DNA of 61,503 bases, the filler included, from a candidate division TA06 bacterium SM23_40 (GTDB lineage: Bacteria; LJUI01; SM1-40), in NCBI GenBank assembly GCA_001303705.1. It is 5 parts of 5 records of this genome, joined end to end, with 100 filler letters (N's around TTAATTAATTAA, not from the genome) between each part and the next. Parts side by side here need not be neighbours in the genome. Positions count along the whole stretch, not along the records: positions 35,691 to 47,054 come from LJUI01000086.1; positions 47,155 to 61,503 come from LJUI01000087.1; 3 more parts are not named here. One strand, given 5' to 3'. This document shows, in pieces, positions 39,973 to 49,429 of the stretch. The notes beneath the pieces are model-generated. The model ran no database searches, had not been told where the DNA came from, and saw only the letters and a list, made by a program, of their open reading frames with translations. The position numbers were made by a program, and so were the translations under genes. Every line of letters begins with the position of its first letter. The first letter of the stretch is position 1.

Positions 39973-41181
39973 GTGCCCACACTTGAGGCCTACAGAGAGA
40001 TCGTAGGGGACGAATTCATCACTTCGCTGTACAGAAAAGCGAGGAGGCTGTACGGCAAACATATCATCCACATCAACTCTACCTCCCAGGGTGGCGGTGT
40101 TGCGGAGATGCTCTCGTCGCTGGTGCCTCTGATGAATGACATAGGGATCGCCACGGGGTGGAGGATACTGCACGGGACGCCCGATTTCTTCGACATAACA
40201 AAGAAGTTCCACAACGCGCTCCAGGGAAGCAAGGTAAACCTGACCAAGATGAAGAAGGAACTGTACCGGCAGGTCAACAGGAACTTCTCGATATATACAC
40301 ATATTGACCACGATTGTGTCATCATCCATGATCCTCAGCCGCTGCCGCTCATCGAGTGCTATCCGAAGAGACAGCCATGGGTGTGGCGGGCACACATAGA
40401 TCTGTCAGATCCGAATGAGAAACTGTGGGAATTCCTGAAGGGCTTCATATTCAGATATGACATGATCCTTTCCTCGAATGAGAGGTACATAAGCCAGTAT
40501 CTGCCGGTCGAGCGGAGGGTGATCTATCCTGCGATCGATCCCGTCTCGGTCAAGAACAAGGAACTGTCCGAGAAGGATATCACTAAGTATCTCGGCAAGT
40601 TCGGTATACCTACAGACAAACCGCTCGTTACTCAGATATCGAGATTCGATGTGTGGAAGGATCCGGACGGTGTCATCCGGGTGTTCAATCTTGTGAGGAA
40701 GAAGGTGGATGCGCGGTTGGTGCTCTGCGGGAGCATGTCCGTGGATGACCCGGAGGGATGGGAGATCTATGAGAAGGTGACGTCCAAAGCAAAAGGTCTG
40801 CTGGAGAGTGGTGACGTCATACTGATAACGAGCGAGAATAATATTCTCGTCAACGTACTACAGAGGAGTTCAGCAGTCATCGTTCAGAAATCGCTAAGAG
40901 AGGGATTCGGACTTACAGTAACGGAGGCACTGTGGAAGGAGACGCCCGTCGTCGCCTCCAATATCGGGGGCATCCCCCTGCAGATACGGGATGGCGAGAA
41001 CGGCTTTCTCGTTGATCCCCTCGACACAGATGGTTTTGCCGACAGGATCATCACACTGCTTAAGGATCCTTCTCTGGCAAAGGAGATGGGTAGGAAGGGG
41101 AAAAAGATCGTCGAGAAGCACTTTCTTATCACACGGTTGCTGGCGGACTACCTGGCCATCCTCGACAGTCTCATAACGTGA
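39973..41181 (+). CDS. treT: Trehalose synthase (glycosyl-transferring, GT4)
   Basis: HINSTSQGGGVAEML, TKKFHNALQG, HDPQP, WRAHID, SRFDVWKD, QKSLREGFGLTVTEALWK; GGAGG RBS. Confidence 0.9.
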   Translation: MPTLEAYREIVGDEFITSLYRKARRLYGKHIIHINSTSQGGGVAEMLSSLVPLMNDIGIATGWRILHGTPDFFDITKKFHNALQGSKVNLTKMKKELYRQVNRNFSIYTHIDHDCVIIHDPQPLPLIECYPKRQPWVWRAHIDLSDPNEKLWEFLKGFIFRYDMILSSNERYISQYLPVERRVIYPAIDPVSVKNKELSEKDITKYLGKFGIPTDKPLVTQISRFDVWKDPDGVIRVFNLVRKKVDARLVLCGSMSVDDPEGWEIYEKVTSKAKGLLESGDVILITSENNILVNVLQRSSAVIVQKSLREGFGLTVTEALWKETPVVASNIGGIPLQIRDGENGFLVDPLDTDGFADRIITLLKDPSLAKEMGRKGKKIVEKHFLITRLLADYLAILDSLIT

Positions 41182-41340
41182 GCACAGGTTGCATCTCTCG
41201 TCTCGGCACCCTCCTCCGGTATCCCTGCACCAGGTATTCTCAATACAAGGTACTCCCTCGCGTCAGCGAAGTCGCCCCATAAGGCAGCCGCAGCCCTGTC
41301 TGTGCCTCACCCGGGGCATCTCGACTCTGAGTAGCGAATC

Positions 41341-41613
41341 TCAGAGCCCGCCAACGATGAAGAGCACGCCCAACAGCATCAGCAGCACGCCGGCACCGAT
41401 CCGGATGTATTCCAGGGGGACGACGCGTGCAAGCGTCGTCCCGAGAAGTACTGCCAGGAGGGTGGTGCCGACCAGGGCCAGACCCGCTCCGATGAAGACC
41501 GCGAGGCGCGATCGCTGGGTTGCTGCCAAACTGAGGATGGCGAGCTGGGTCTTGTCCCCGAGCTCCGCGAGAAAGATGGCGGCAAAGGTGGTAGCGATGA
41601 CTTTCCAATCCAT
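41341..41613 (-). CDS. TMEM165/GDT1 (UPF0016) family protein, single-repeat form
   Basis: FLAELGDKTQLA signature; three TM helices; 90 aa. Confidence 0.9.
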   Translation of the reverse strand: MDWKVIATTFAAIFLAELGDKTQLAILSLAATQRSRLAVFIGAGLALVGTTLLAVLLGTTLARVVPLEYIRIGAGVLLMLLGVLFIVGGL

Positions 41614-41795
41614 GAATGTCTTCCTCCCCGTAACATATATGGCTGCGTTCCGCGAAACCACCTCGGGTTCGGGAGGACTCCAGGCCGGGCCGGAATCGGT
41701 GGTCCAGTATCGGTTTCCGGTTCGAGCGGCCGGCCGAGGACTCTTCGACTGATCCGTTGTAGATTTCCTCCTGCGGCTCCAACTGAGTGCCGCGC

Positions 41796-43703
41796 TCAAT
41801 CCTCGTCAGTGAAGTGTTTCGCCAGGAGCTTGCGGAATTCCCGGAAGTCGATGGCGACGCGATAGCCCGTCTCGATGCAATAGGCCACCATCTTCGAGTA
41901 CAGCCGTCGCTCATTCCGCATGTCGTCACTCCCAGAATGTATCACGTCAGGCAACGTGCTGAGGAAGCGAATAACGATCTGCTCATCTGCCGGTGTGAGC
42001 GTGTGCTGCTCGGCAGGCACGGCTCTTCCTGCACGGCGTGCGGCTCGCCGATGCAGGGGGGACCGATCCTTCCGGCAGTTGACGACGACATCGTAGCCCA
42101 CGGCGTTCGGCGCCGTGACTTGCTTGAACGATCGGTGCTTCTTGTCGAAGGTGGCGATCGCCTCGGCGTAGAATCCTACCTCGCCGAGAGCGTACTGGAT
42201 AGCCTGCCATACGCGCGCCGAGGAGTTATGGAAGATGAGAGTCATGACGCGCCCCGGCTTCAGCACGCGGTGGATCTCGGCGAGCGCATTCTGCATCATT
42301 CCTCTATACCACGTCACATCTTTGGAGTGGGCAGGGGCGATGATCACCTCATCATCCTGGTTCATGAATAGACCGATCCATGACTCCTCCAGGAAATTGA
42401 GTTCCGAATAGACAAGGTTGGCGCCGAACGGCGGGTCGGTGAAGACGTAGTCGATCGACTCGTCGGGGAGCTCGCCCAGGTCGGTCGCCGATTGCGTGGA
42501 GATGCAGAGATGGTGATCGAGGGCTTGGCTTATGGACGAGGGCGGGAGTTTCGCGGCGGCGGCGGTCTTTCTCGCGAAGGTCGAGAGGACGTTTGCCTCC
42601 TTGTTCAGGCTCGGTACATAGAGCGTGTGCGTGGGTCGTCCCTGGGTGGGGGCGCGAAGACGCGATACGAGGCGTACGATATCGAGGAACGACTGAGCGA
42701 GAGGACGGCGCAGGGATTCGTCCTCGTACTCGCAGATCTCCCGCCAGACCAGGCCCAGCATCAGGCGTGCACGTGGAGTGAAGAAGTCGTGTACATGACT
42801 GATGGAATAATGATACCCCTTCCGCCATAGCTCTCCCCACTGGGCTTCTGAGGCATGGGCGTGCATCATCCGGTCGGTGGGGTACCAGATCGTGCCTTCC
42901 TGATCTCGCAGGTTTATCTCGCGCAGTCGCGTCTGGTCGAATCGGCTCACGCTCGCCTCGAGTCGGCCGCATCGCGAGCAGACGAGCGACTTCGCCACCG
43001 GCACGAAGTCGACGCGGCGGGCTGCCTGCTTCCCGACCGCAGTCCCGCATCGCGGACAGGAGAGCCGCTGTCTTGCCCGTCCCTGCCGGTCGATGCCGCC
43101 CTCGGAGAAGCGAAAGATGGTCCGACACTCCCGACAGCGAAACCGCTCGCTCCAGATGTAGTACTCCACCCGCGCGCTCCGGCCGCATTGACAGCGTGTC
43201 TCATAGTACCATTCTGCTTCGTCGCGCAGGCGTTCTGTGATCCGATCCGCCGCCTGTCGAAGGCGATCGGGGGAGGTGCGGTAGCAGTAATTGAGGGACA
43301 TGAACGTGGCGGCCGGCGAAAGATCACAGAGGATGGCTCTGCGTTTCTGGCCCAGCGCGGCGAGACCGGTCATGCCGGACCCGCAGAATGGATCGAGGAC
43401 GATCTCACCCGGCCGGGAGTAGCGTGCGATGAACGGAGCTATGCCCTGTGGCGGTACCTTCGTATGATACGAGTGGAGCCGGTAGATCGGGGTGTTCTTG
43501 CCGGCCACGATCTCTGCAGCCGGGAGCGAGCCATCGAGCGCCCGCCCTCGCGCCCGGGCCCCGGGGGCCGTCCTATTCTTACCTCTCGTTCCGTGGGCGC
43601 GGACAAACCTGCCGAGGCTTGGATTCCGGTACGGCGTGTACACCGGCGGCAGCGCGATTTCGATGGTCGGCCTATTGCAGAGAACAATAGTAGGTTGGCT
43701 CAT
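41796..43703 (-). CDS. Zn-ribbon-containing amino-DNA methyltransferase (resembles BREX type 3 PglXI)
   Basis: HSYHTKVP, VLDPFCGSGMTG (motif I), several CxxC, SATDL..DESIDYVFTDPPFG (motif IV), RVLKPG. Confidence 0.85.
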   Translation of the reverse strand: MSQPTIVLCNRPTIEIALPPVYTPYRNPSLGRFVRAHGTRGKNRTAPGARARGRALDGSLPAAEIVAGKNTPIYRLHSYHTKVPPQGIAPFIARYSRPGEIVLDPFCGSGMTGLAALGQKRRAILCDLSPAATFMSLNYCYRTSPDRLRQAADRITERLRDEAEWYYETRCQCGRSARVEYYIWSERFRCRECRTIFRFSEGGIDRQGRARQRLSCPRCGTAVGKQAARRVDFVPVAKSLVCSRCGRLEASVSRFDQTRLREINLRDQEGTIWYPTDRMMHAHASEAQWGELWRKGYHYSISHVHDFFTPRARLMLGLVWREICEYEDESLRRPLAQSFLDIVRLVSRLRAPTQGRPTHTLYVPSLNKEANVLSTFARKTAAAAKLPPSSISQALDHHLCISTQSATDLGELPDESIDYVFTDPPFGANLVYSELNFLEESWIGLFMNQDDEVIIAPAHSKDVTWYRGMMQNALAEIHRVLKPGRVMTLIFHNSSARVWQAIQYALGEVGFYAEAIATFDKKHRSFKQVTAPNAVGYDVVVNCRKDRSPLHRRAARRAGRAVPAEQHTLTPADEQIVIRFLSTLPDVIHSGSDDMRNERRLYSKMVAYCIETGYRVAIDFREFRKLLAKHFTDED

Positions 43704-43766
43704 CGAGGGTCTCTCGCGGCGCCGATCCGCCCCGGCGGTATCGTGTGCAGGTCTCATCTATCGGCG

Positions 43767-44897
43767 CTATGCCTCAGGACAGAATAGATCTGCATACTGA
43801 GATCGCAGCCGATCCCACCCGAACCGCGCCGCGATCCTTCTGTGGTCGTTGCTGCGGACGTTCTCGATCGAACAGATGGCTGAGATGAGGCGATCGCGCA
43901 GTTGCGCAGTTGTCCGGTAGCGAAGCCGTTCGGGAAAGATCTCGCGGTAGACGAGCCTGTCCGGCACGATCGGGTAGCATCCGGCATAGGTCGCCTCGAG
44001 AAGGGCGATCCCGAAGTACTCGTGATGTGCGGTCGAGACGACGATGTCCGCCTCTCGCAGGGCCTCGAGATAGCGGGTGCGATCCTCCTCGAACCCGAAC
44101 CTCAGAATGCGGTCGGAGAAATCCCGCTGCGCCGCATTGAAGGCCCGGGGGACCTCGCTAAAGGATTGGCCCAACACGGAGAGCCGGAACGGATATCCCT
44201 GTGTCGCGATCTGAGCGATGACGTGGAAGAACTCATCCGGGTTCTTGTCGTATTCCCATCTGTGGTTCCAGAGAATCACGGGCGGGCCGGTCTTGGCGGG
44301 AGGAGTCACGGCATCGAGCGCGGCGAGGTCGAGGGGCGGGGGAAGGATGAGGGATTTCGCCTCGATGCGTTCCTTCACCTGCTCCGGCTGGTGATCCGGC
44401 ATGCGGCCCAGGAACGGAGGGATGGTGTCGAGAAACGATTTGCGGTTGTACTCCGAATTGAAGACGACGACATGGGCGGCGAGGGCGGTGGTGATGTTCG
44501 TGATGCCGAAATGGTAGTCGCGTTCATTTTCGTCCCGGACCGGATAGGTGAGTTGATTCTCGTGGAAATAGACGATCGTACGCGGACGGCCGATTCTGGC
44601 GCCGATCAGTCCGAGGAATTCAGCAAGGTTGAGGTACGAAGAACAGAAGACCGTATCGAAGGTGGGGCAGGTGGTCGTCCGCAGTAGCCGATCGGAGAAC
44701 GTCATCGCAGCGCCACGCATCCTCCATTTCCACTTCCTCGGCGGCAGGGTGAGCAGCTCGAACCGGAGGGGAATATGTTCGCGCAATCCCTCGATGAGCA
44801 TCCTGTGTGATCCGCCATAGTATGGTTCGAGCACGAGAACCGCATTGCTGTCGCACCCGGGCTCTGGCGGCTGTTCGGACAGATCCCTGTTGACCAT
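43767..44897 (-). CDS. GT4 glycosyltransferase, DUF3524/GTDC1 (QTMAN)-like
   Basis: LEPYYGGSH, LPPRKWKWRMRG, YFHENQLTYP, FNSEYN, LWNHRWEYDKNP, HEYFGIALLEA, PDRLVYRE. Confidence 0.88.
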   Translation of the reverse strand: MVNRDLSEQPPEPGCDSNAVLVLEPYYGGSHRMLIEGLREHIPLRFELLTLPPRKWKWRMRGAAMTFSDRLLRTTTCPTFDTVFCSSYLNLAEFLGLIGARIGRPRTIVYFHENQLTYPVRDENERDYHFGITNITTALAAHVVVFNSEYNRKSFLDTIPPFLGRMPDHQPEQVKERIEAKSLILPPPLDLAALDAVTPPAKTGPPVILWNHRWEYDKNPDEFFHVIAQIATQGYPFRLSVLGQSFSEVPRAFNAAQRDFSDRILRFGFEEDRTRYLEALREADIVVSTAHHEYFGIALLEATYAGCYPIVPDRLVYREIFPERLRYRTTAQLRDRLISAICSIENVRSNDHRRIAARFGWDRLRSQYADLFCPEA

Positions 44898-45092
44898 CCG
44901 ACTCTCCGTGATGGGGGATGCGCGTATCAGCGCTGTCTGGTCATCGGCGTGGCGTGCCTGTACGGATAGAGGGACCGGCCCGCACACTACGATTGGACAG
45001 ATCCCTCTTTCTTCCCGTTCTCTCGGTCGGCATGGAGCGCGGTCCTTGCCGTGTCTGACGCCGGTACAGTAGTCCCCTCATATGGGGGGCGG

Positions 45093-45893
45093 TTACTCAG
45101 GACGGACCGGTTCCCCGGATGGAGGGAGCATCTCTCTGATCGCTACGAAGGCGCCGTGCAACATATCGAAGGCCTGCTCGATATGAGCGTCCTCCCCTTC
45201 CTTACACGTCTCCTCGAGTGCGACGAGCGCGACGTCCAGTTGCTCGAGGCGATCCATGAACTGCTCACGCTCTTCCTCGAGGCTCGCGGGCATCTCGGTA
45301 CCGCGCATAGCGTCGAAGCGCTCGCGAAGCACTGGGAGTGATTTCTTCACTGCTCCACAGTCACCCTGAGGAAGGGCATCACGGACGAGTGGATGGAGCA
45401 CGGCCTGGAATGCCTCCACCGCCGCGGGGAATGTCATCGGCTGCAACCCTAGCGCCTCGGCAACCAGGTAATAGGAATCGTAGACCTTCTGGATAGCGGG
45501 AGGTATCTGCGTATCTTCTTCCCACATGCTGGCCACAGCGAGTTCCTCCACGGCCTTGTCGAGGAGATCTCGCTTCGCCGCATAGGCAGTAGCGCGGTCC
45601 CGTAGAGGCTCGGGTACTTCCACCGCAAGCAGCCTGTTCTTGGCCTTGACCAGATCCAGATGGGCATGTCGCACCGCTTGCCAGTCTTCCTGGCGGACCG
45701 GTCCATACCAGACACTCAGCAATTGTCGGTGGAAAGCCTCAAGCTCCGGGAATGTCACGGCCGGTTGCTCTCCGGAGGATTCTGCTCGGGCCGACATCGC
45801 CGGGGATTCCGCCGGGAGCGGCGCCCGCAGGAATACGAGCATGCTGGCAAGAAAAAGAGAGATGACTGGCAGACATCTGGTCGACTGATGCAT
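45093..45893 (-). CDS. Secreted helical protein with an internal duplication
   Basis: Signal-like N-terminus; repeats FPELEAFHRQL and FPAAVEAFQAVL. Confidence 0.6.
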   Translation of the reverse strand: MHQSTRCLPVISLFLASMLVFLRAPLPAESPAMSARAESSGEQPAVTFPELEAFHRQLLSVWYGPVRQEDWQAVRHAHLDLVKAKNRLLAVEVPEPLRDRATAYAAKRDLLDKAVEELAVASMWEEDTQIPPAIQKVYDSYYLVAEALGLQPMTFPAAVEAFQAVLHPLVRDALPQGDCGAVKKSLPVLRERFDAMRGTEMPASLEEEREQFMDRLEQLDVALVALEETCKEGEDAHIEQAFDMLHGAFVAIREMLPPSGEPVRPE

Positions 45894-46040
45894 GGTACGT
45901 ACTCTCCTCAACGCTTTCGTCCCGAGATGACGGGCGAACTTTCCGTTTGTGCACTCGATGTTCCTGATGTTCGTCAGTGACATGATGGTACTGCTGGAGG
46001 ATTCGGATGTCAAGGGCAAAACGGCCTGTGTGGCTTGACT

Positions 46041-46538
46041 TCAGGCCGGTCCCTCAGGTGCCCGTTGTGGAGTCGACCCCTGGTGCACCTCTCGAGGCAG
46101 CCGTTCTTTCGCTTTCGGGAGCTTGATCTCGAGGACACCATCGGAGAGGTTGGCAGAGATCTTCTCCTGGTCCACTTCGCTCGGCAGTCTCAGCCGGCGC
46201 TGGAACGATGCGCAGTAGCGCTCTCTGCGGTAGTACTTCTCGTCCTCCGGCTTGTCTTCCTTTTCCTCGTCGATCTGGCTGTCTATCGTAAGAACGTCTT
46301 CATCGAGACTGATGTTGATCTGGTCCTTCTTCAGGCCAGGGACGTCGATCTTGAGCAGGAGGTGATCACCCTTGTCGACGAGATCGAGCGGGTAGCTCCA
46401 CGCACCCTCCAGCTCGCCGAACGGGGAATCCCACCAGCTCTCCAGGGTGGTGGGGAAGAGCCGATCGAAGACATCGCTCACACTCCTCCGCCTGGTTGTC
46501 GGCGCCCATCTGAACCGGGTACTCAACGGGTAGAACAT
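46041..46538 (-). CDS. Hsp20/alpha-crystallin small heat shock protein
   Basis: DVPGLKKDQINI, RRERYCASFQRRLRLP..V, ANLSDGVLEIKLPK. Confidence 0.93.
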   Translation of the reverse strand: MFYPLSTRFRWAPTTRRRSVSDVFDRLFPTTLESWWDSPFGELEGAWSYPLDLVDKGDHLLLKIDVPGLKKDQINISLDEDVLTIDSQIDEEKEDKPEDEKYYRRERYCASFQRRLRLPSEVDQEKISANLSDGVLEIKLPKAKERLPREVHQGSTPQRAPEGPA

Positions 46539-46636
46539 TCTCAATTCCCCCTCTCGTTGCATTGTTGCCAAGAGTTTCACATAGGTGATTTACTCTTTCT
46601 CTCTACTCGATTAGATGCAGGAGATGGGGAAAGGAT

Positions 46637-46879
46637 TCAAAAATCGAGGGATTTTTCCCACAGGGCCCGGAGGGCTTCCCTGAGGCGCCTGGCGGTCTCG
46701 TCCGGGACGGGCTGGAGCGGCCTCTGACGGTAGATGGAGATGGTGCGGCGGGTGGTTCTGATGACGATTTGGCACCTGTCGCAGTGCGCTACATGTCTCT
46801 CGAACTCAGCGCAGACTTCGACGTCGAGTTCACCGTCGAGGTAGTCGGAGATGAGGATCCTCAGTTCTTCACATCGCAT
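46637..46879 (-). CDS. zf-HC2 anti-sigma factor
   Basis: MRCEE..ISDYLDGEL..FERHVAHCDRC. Confidence 0.9.
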   Translation of the reverse strand: MRCEELRILISDYLDGELDVEVCAEFERHVAHCDRCQIVIRTTRRTISIYRQRPLQPVPDETARRLREALRALWEKSLDF

Positions 46880-46951
46880 GGTTCGTTCCTCTGGGTCAGG
46901 CCATCACTATGCATCAGGCGGTGAAGACCGGGCCGTCGGCCCACGAGGTCT

Positions 46952-47053
46952 TCATGCTGCGAGCACACGGCTCAGCCTCTCTCTGAGGAAGAGGCGCGCC
47001 CGCAGCAGGCGCGACTTGACAGCCGGCACGGAGAGATCGAGAATCTCTGCGAC
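46952..47053 (-). CDS. 3' end of an ECF sigma-70 factor (region 4)
   Basis: VAEILDLSVPAVKSRLLRARLFLRERL-stop, directly upstream of the anti-sigma gene. Confidence 0.85.
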   Translation of the reverse strand, partial: VAEILDLSVPAVKSRLLRARLFLRERLSRVLAA

Positions 47054-47054
47054 C

Positions 47055-47154
47055 NNNNNNNNNNNNNNNNNNNNNNNNNNNNNNNNNNNNNNNNNNNNTT
47101 AATTAATTAANNNNNNNNNNNNNNNNNNNNNNNNNNNNNNNNNNNNNNNNNNNN
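47055..47154. other. Artificial contig linker
   Basis: N-run with TTAATTAATTAA. Confidence 0.99.
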
Positions 47155-47166
47155 ATATTCGGGTAG

Positions 47167-47379
47167 TCAGTCTGTTGTGTCACAGATTGCCCTCTCCTTT
47201 CTCGGCACCTTCGCCGACTCCACTTCCCGCCCAAGGGCGGCGGGAAGTAGGTTCGACGTTAGTCTTGACTTGCGTATAGCTTGCTCATGGTCAGTCTTCC
47301 TTGCTCCTTCGCGGGCCCGCATCCTGCGGTACAGGGCGCGGGCGGTTGTGGTCGCTAGTTCTTCGGTCTGAGTCGCCAT
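47167..47379 (-). CDS. Small hypothetical protein
   Basis: ATG at 47379 downstream of a near-consensus promoter; no recognisable motif. Confidence 0.4.
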   Translation of the reverse strand: MATQTEELATTTARALYRRMRAREGARKTDHEQAIRKSRLTSNLLPAALGREVESAKVPRKERAICDTTD

Positions 47380-47419
47380 GGGTCTCGCCTTCTTGCGTGG
47401 GTGCAATGTCTACAGCCAG

Positions 47420-47448
47420 ATGATAGCACCCCGCGGCAGACGTGTCAA
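47420..47448 (-). promoter_or_regulatory. Near-consensus sigma-70 promoter divergent from the late genes
   Basis: TTGACA-17 nt-TATCAT with extended TGn on the minus strand. Confidence 0.7.
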
Positions 47449-47770
47449 CAGGGGGGTGTGGACAAGGTCGAATTTTCTCCGTGCCAGCCCGAACGACCAA
47501 GCAAGACCTGTGGGGAAATCACCGTGACGAATGGGTCACACACACCCTTGTGATGCCTCAAAATTAGGCAGGCAGCTCGGTGTGAGCCGTGATGGGGGCC
47601 TACAAGCCAGCGACGAGCTCAACATTGATGGCTCGAGGTTGCGTTGGGCTGTTCGTCTCGTGACGCTGGGCGTCAGGTTGGGCGAGTTGGGGCAACGGCA
47701 CCCAGATACAGTCAAGGGTGAATGCAGATAAGTAAGTAATTCCGCGGGCTTACGTGATCGGCGGGTTTCT

Positions 47771-47798
47771 ATTTAACATAATCGATCTTATCGGACGT
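47771..47798 (-). promoter_or_regulatory. dif-like XerC/XerD recombination site
   Basis: Minus strand ACGTCCGATAA-GATCGA-TTATGTTAAAT: 11-6-11 layout, XerD arm identical to E. coli dif. Confidence 0.85.
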
Positions 47799-48619
47799 AC
47801 GTGCCGGTGTGTCACTTCCCCAGGGGGCGATTGGGCAATTGGGCGAATCGGCATACCCCCCCCCTCCCCCTGGGGTGGGGCAAGAGTCCCCTCTTCCCAC
47901 CGGAATTCCAAAAGCGTGATTCCGGCACGAAAAGGGGGTGGATTGGGGGTCTTATGGGGGGTTTTTGTGCCTGGTATTCCGGAGCTGGTCTGCGGGCAGA
48001 GGACTTCTTCCCCGCATTCCCCTGGGGGAAAATCAGCGCGCGCGGGCTAAGAAGCAGCCTCGCTACTGGGGTTTTGCCAGTCGCTCTAACGTCGCGCTGA
48101 GTGCTGCGGGTTCTTCCTCTACCCTGGCTGCGCAGGATGGGTTCCTGGGCAGCGCGCCGCGTCCGGGCGGTGTGTCCGGTCGGCGCTCCAGCGGGGGACT
48201 TTCGGCCCGTCGCTGGCCCGCGGGCAGCCGGGTGGCTTCAGCGTCCCGGCGTGTCTCTCGCATTTCTGCCGCTGAGCCGGCAGCGGAGCCGAGCATCGAG
48301 AGCTTCGGACTGCTCGAGCAGGGTTGCTCCTTCTCCCCCCTGGTTCCGGCGGGGGTTCCTGCGCCCTCGCGGTGGTTTTCCCCTGTCGTGCCAGGTGTGG
48401 AAGCGGCGTCCCGCGACAGGGGTTGGGGCTCATAGCCCCACCAGGCGATCTTCTGGATGAACTCGAGCAGATCCGGCGTTGTGTGTCGCTCTGCATAAGC
48501 TAGAAGCTCGTCCAGATAAGCCACGCACAGTCCAATACCATATTCTTGGTCTGTGGCAAGAAGCCCCTTTCTCTTGACTTTTGGGGCAAAGTTGGATACG
48601 GAGGGAGCAGAAGTCCCAC

Positions 48620-49423
48620 ATGGGGCATTTGGGGACCTTGGAGGGAAGGGCCACGGAGTCCACCAAGCCCACAGGCCGCAAGAGGCAGCCGACCACTCGA
48701 TTTGCCCGGGAGCGCGCGAGGAAGTATCTGGGCGCCAAGCGGGTCCGCGTAACGGCGGTAGAACGCGAAGCCTACGATCTTCGCGAGCAGGGTCTTACCT
48801 GGGCCGAGTGCGCAGCGCGTCTGGACAAGGATCAGCGCACGATCCAGCGCGCCTACCAGCGTGCGTGCGTCAAGATTCCGAAGGAAGGCGAGCTTCAGAT
48901 CCCGCCGCAGAGCATCATGGCGAGGGATCCGGAGAGATATGCGGAGCTGGTTGACGAGCTCACGCGACCGGACGACGCCGATCAGACGCTCGACGATATC
49001 GCCAAACGCATGAACCTTCCGCAGGAGACGGTCTACAACGTCGCCAAGCGTCTTCGGTCGATCTACTTCCCCACGAACGTCGAGGTGCGAAAGGTCAAGC
49101 TCGAGCGCCTGAAGGATCTCTGGGGCATGCGTGCCGAGGAGGCGCTTCTTGCCATCACGCCCGAGAAGCTGGAGAACGCAGGGCCACGAGATCTGGGAAT
49201 CATCGCCGGCATCGCGACCGAGAAGCTTCTGCTCCTGCGCGGACTTCCCACTCAGATCGTCCGCAACGAGGCCGACAGGGGCAAGATCGAGATTCTCGCC
49301 CAGGCCTTCATCAAGGAGGCCGAGCGGCGGGGCTATCGGTTCGATGCCGATACAGCAACCGGCCGCGTGGACCTAGGCTACGTCAGCCGGCCGAAGCAGA
49401 CGATTGACGTAGACCCGGGCTAG
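48620..49423 (+). CDS. Putative terminase small subunit / HTH DNA-binding protein
   Basis: Two HTH-like segments (GLTWAECAARL, TLDDIAKRMNL); KLENAGPRDLGIIAGIATEKLLLLRGLPT; directly upstream of TerL. Confidence 0.6.
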   Translation: MGHLGTLEGRATESTKPTGRKRQPTTRFARERARKYLGAKRVRVTAVEREAYDLREQGLTWAECAARLDKDQRTIQRAYQRACVKIPKEGELQIPPQSIMARDPERYAELVDELTRPDDADQTLDDIAKRMNLPQETVYNVAKRLRSIYFPTNVEVRKVKLERLKDLWGMRAEEALLAITPEKLENAGPRDLGIIAGIATEKLLLLRGLPTQIVRNEADRGKIEILAQAFIKEAERRGYRFDADTATGRVDLGYVSRPKQTIDVDPG

Positions 49424-49429
49424 GGAGCA

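Noticed and set aside
48063-48524. 153-aa minus-strand ORF before TerS
   Set aside because: Low-complexity Pro/Ala/Arg sequence with no motif; cannot be supported as a gene.
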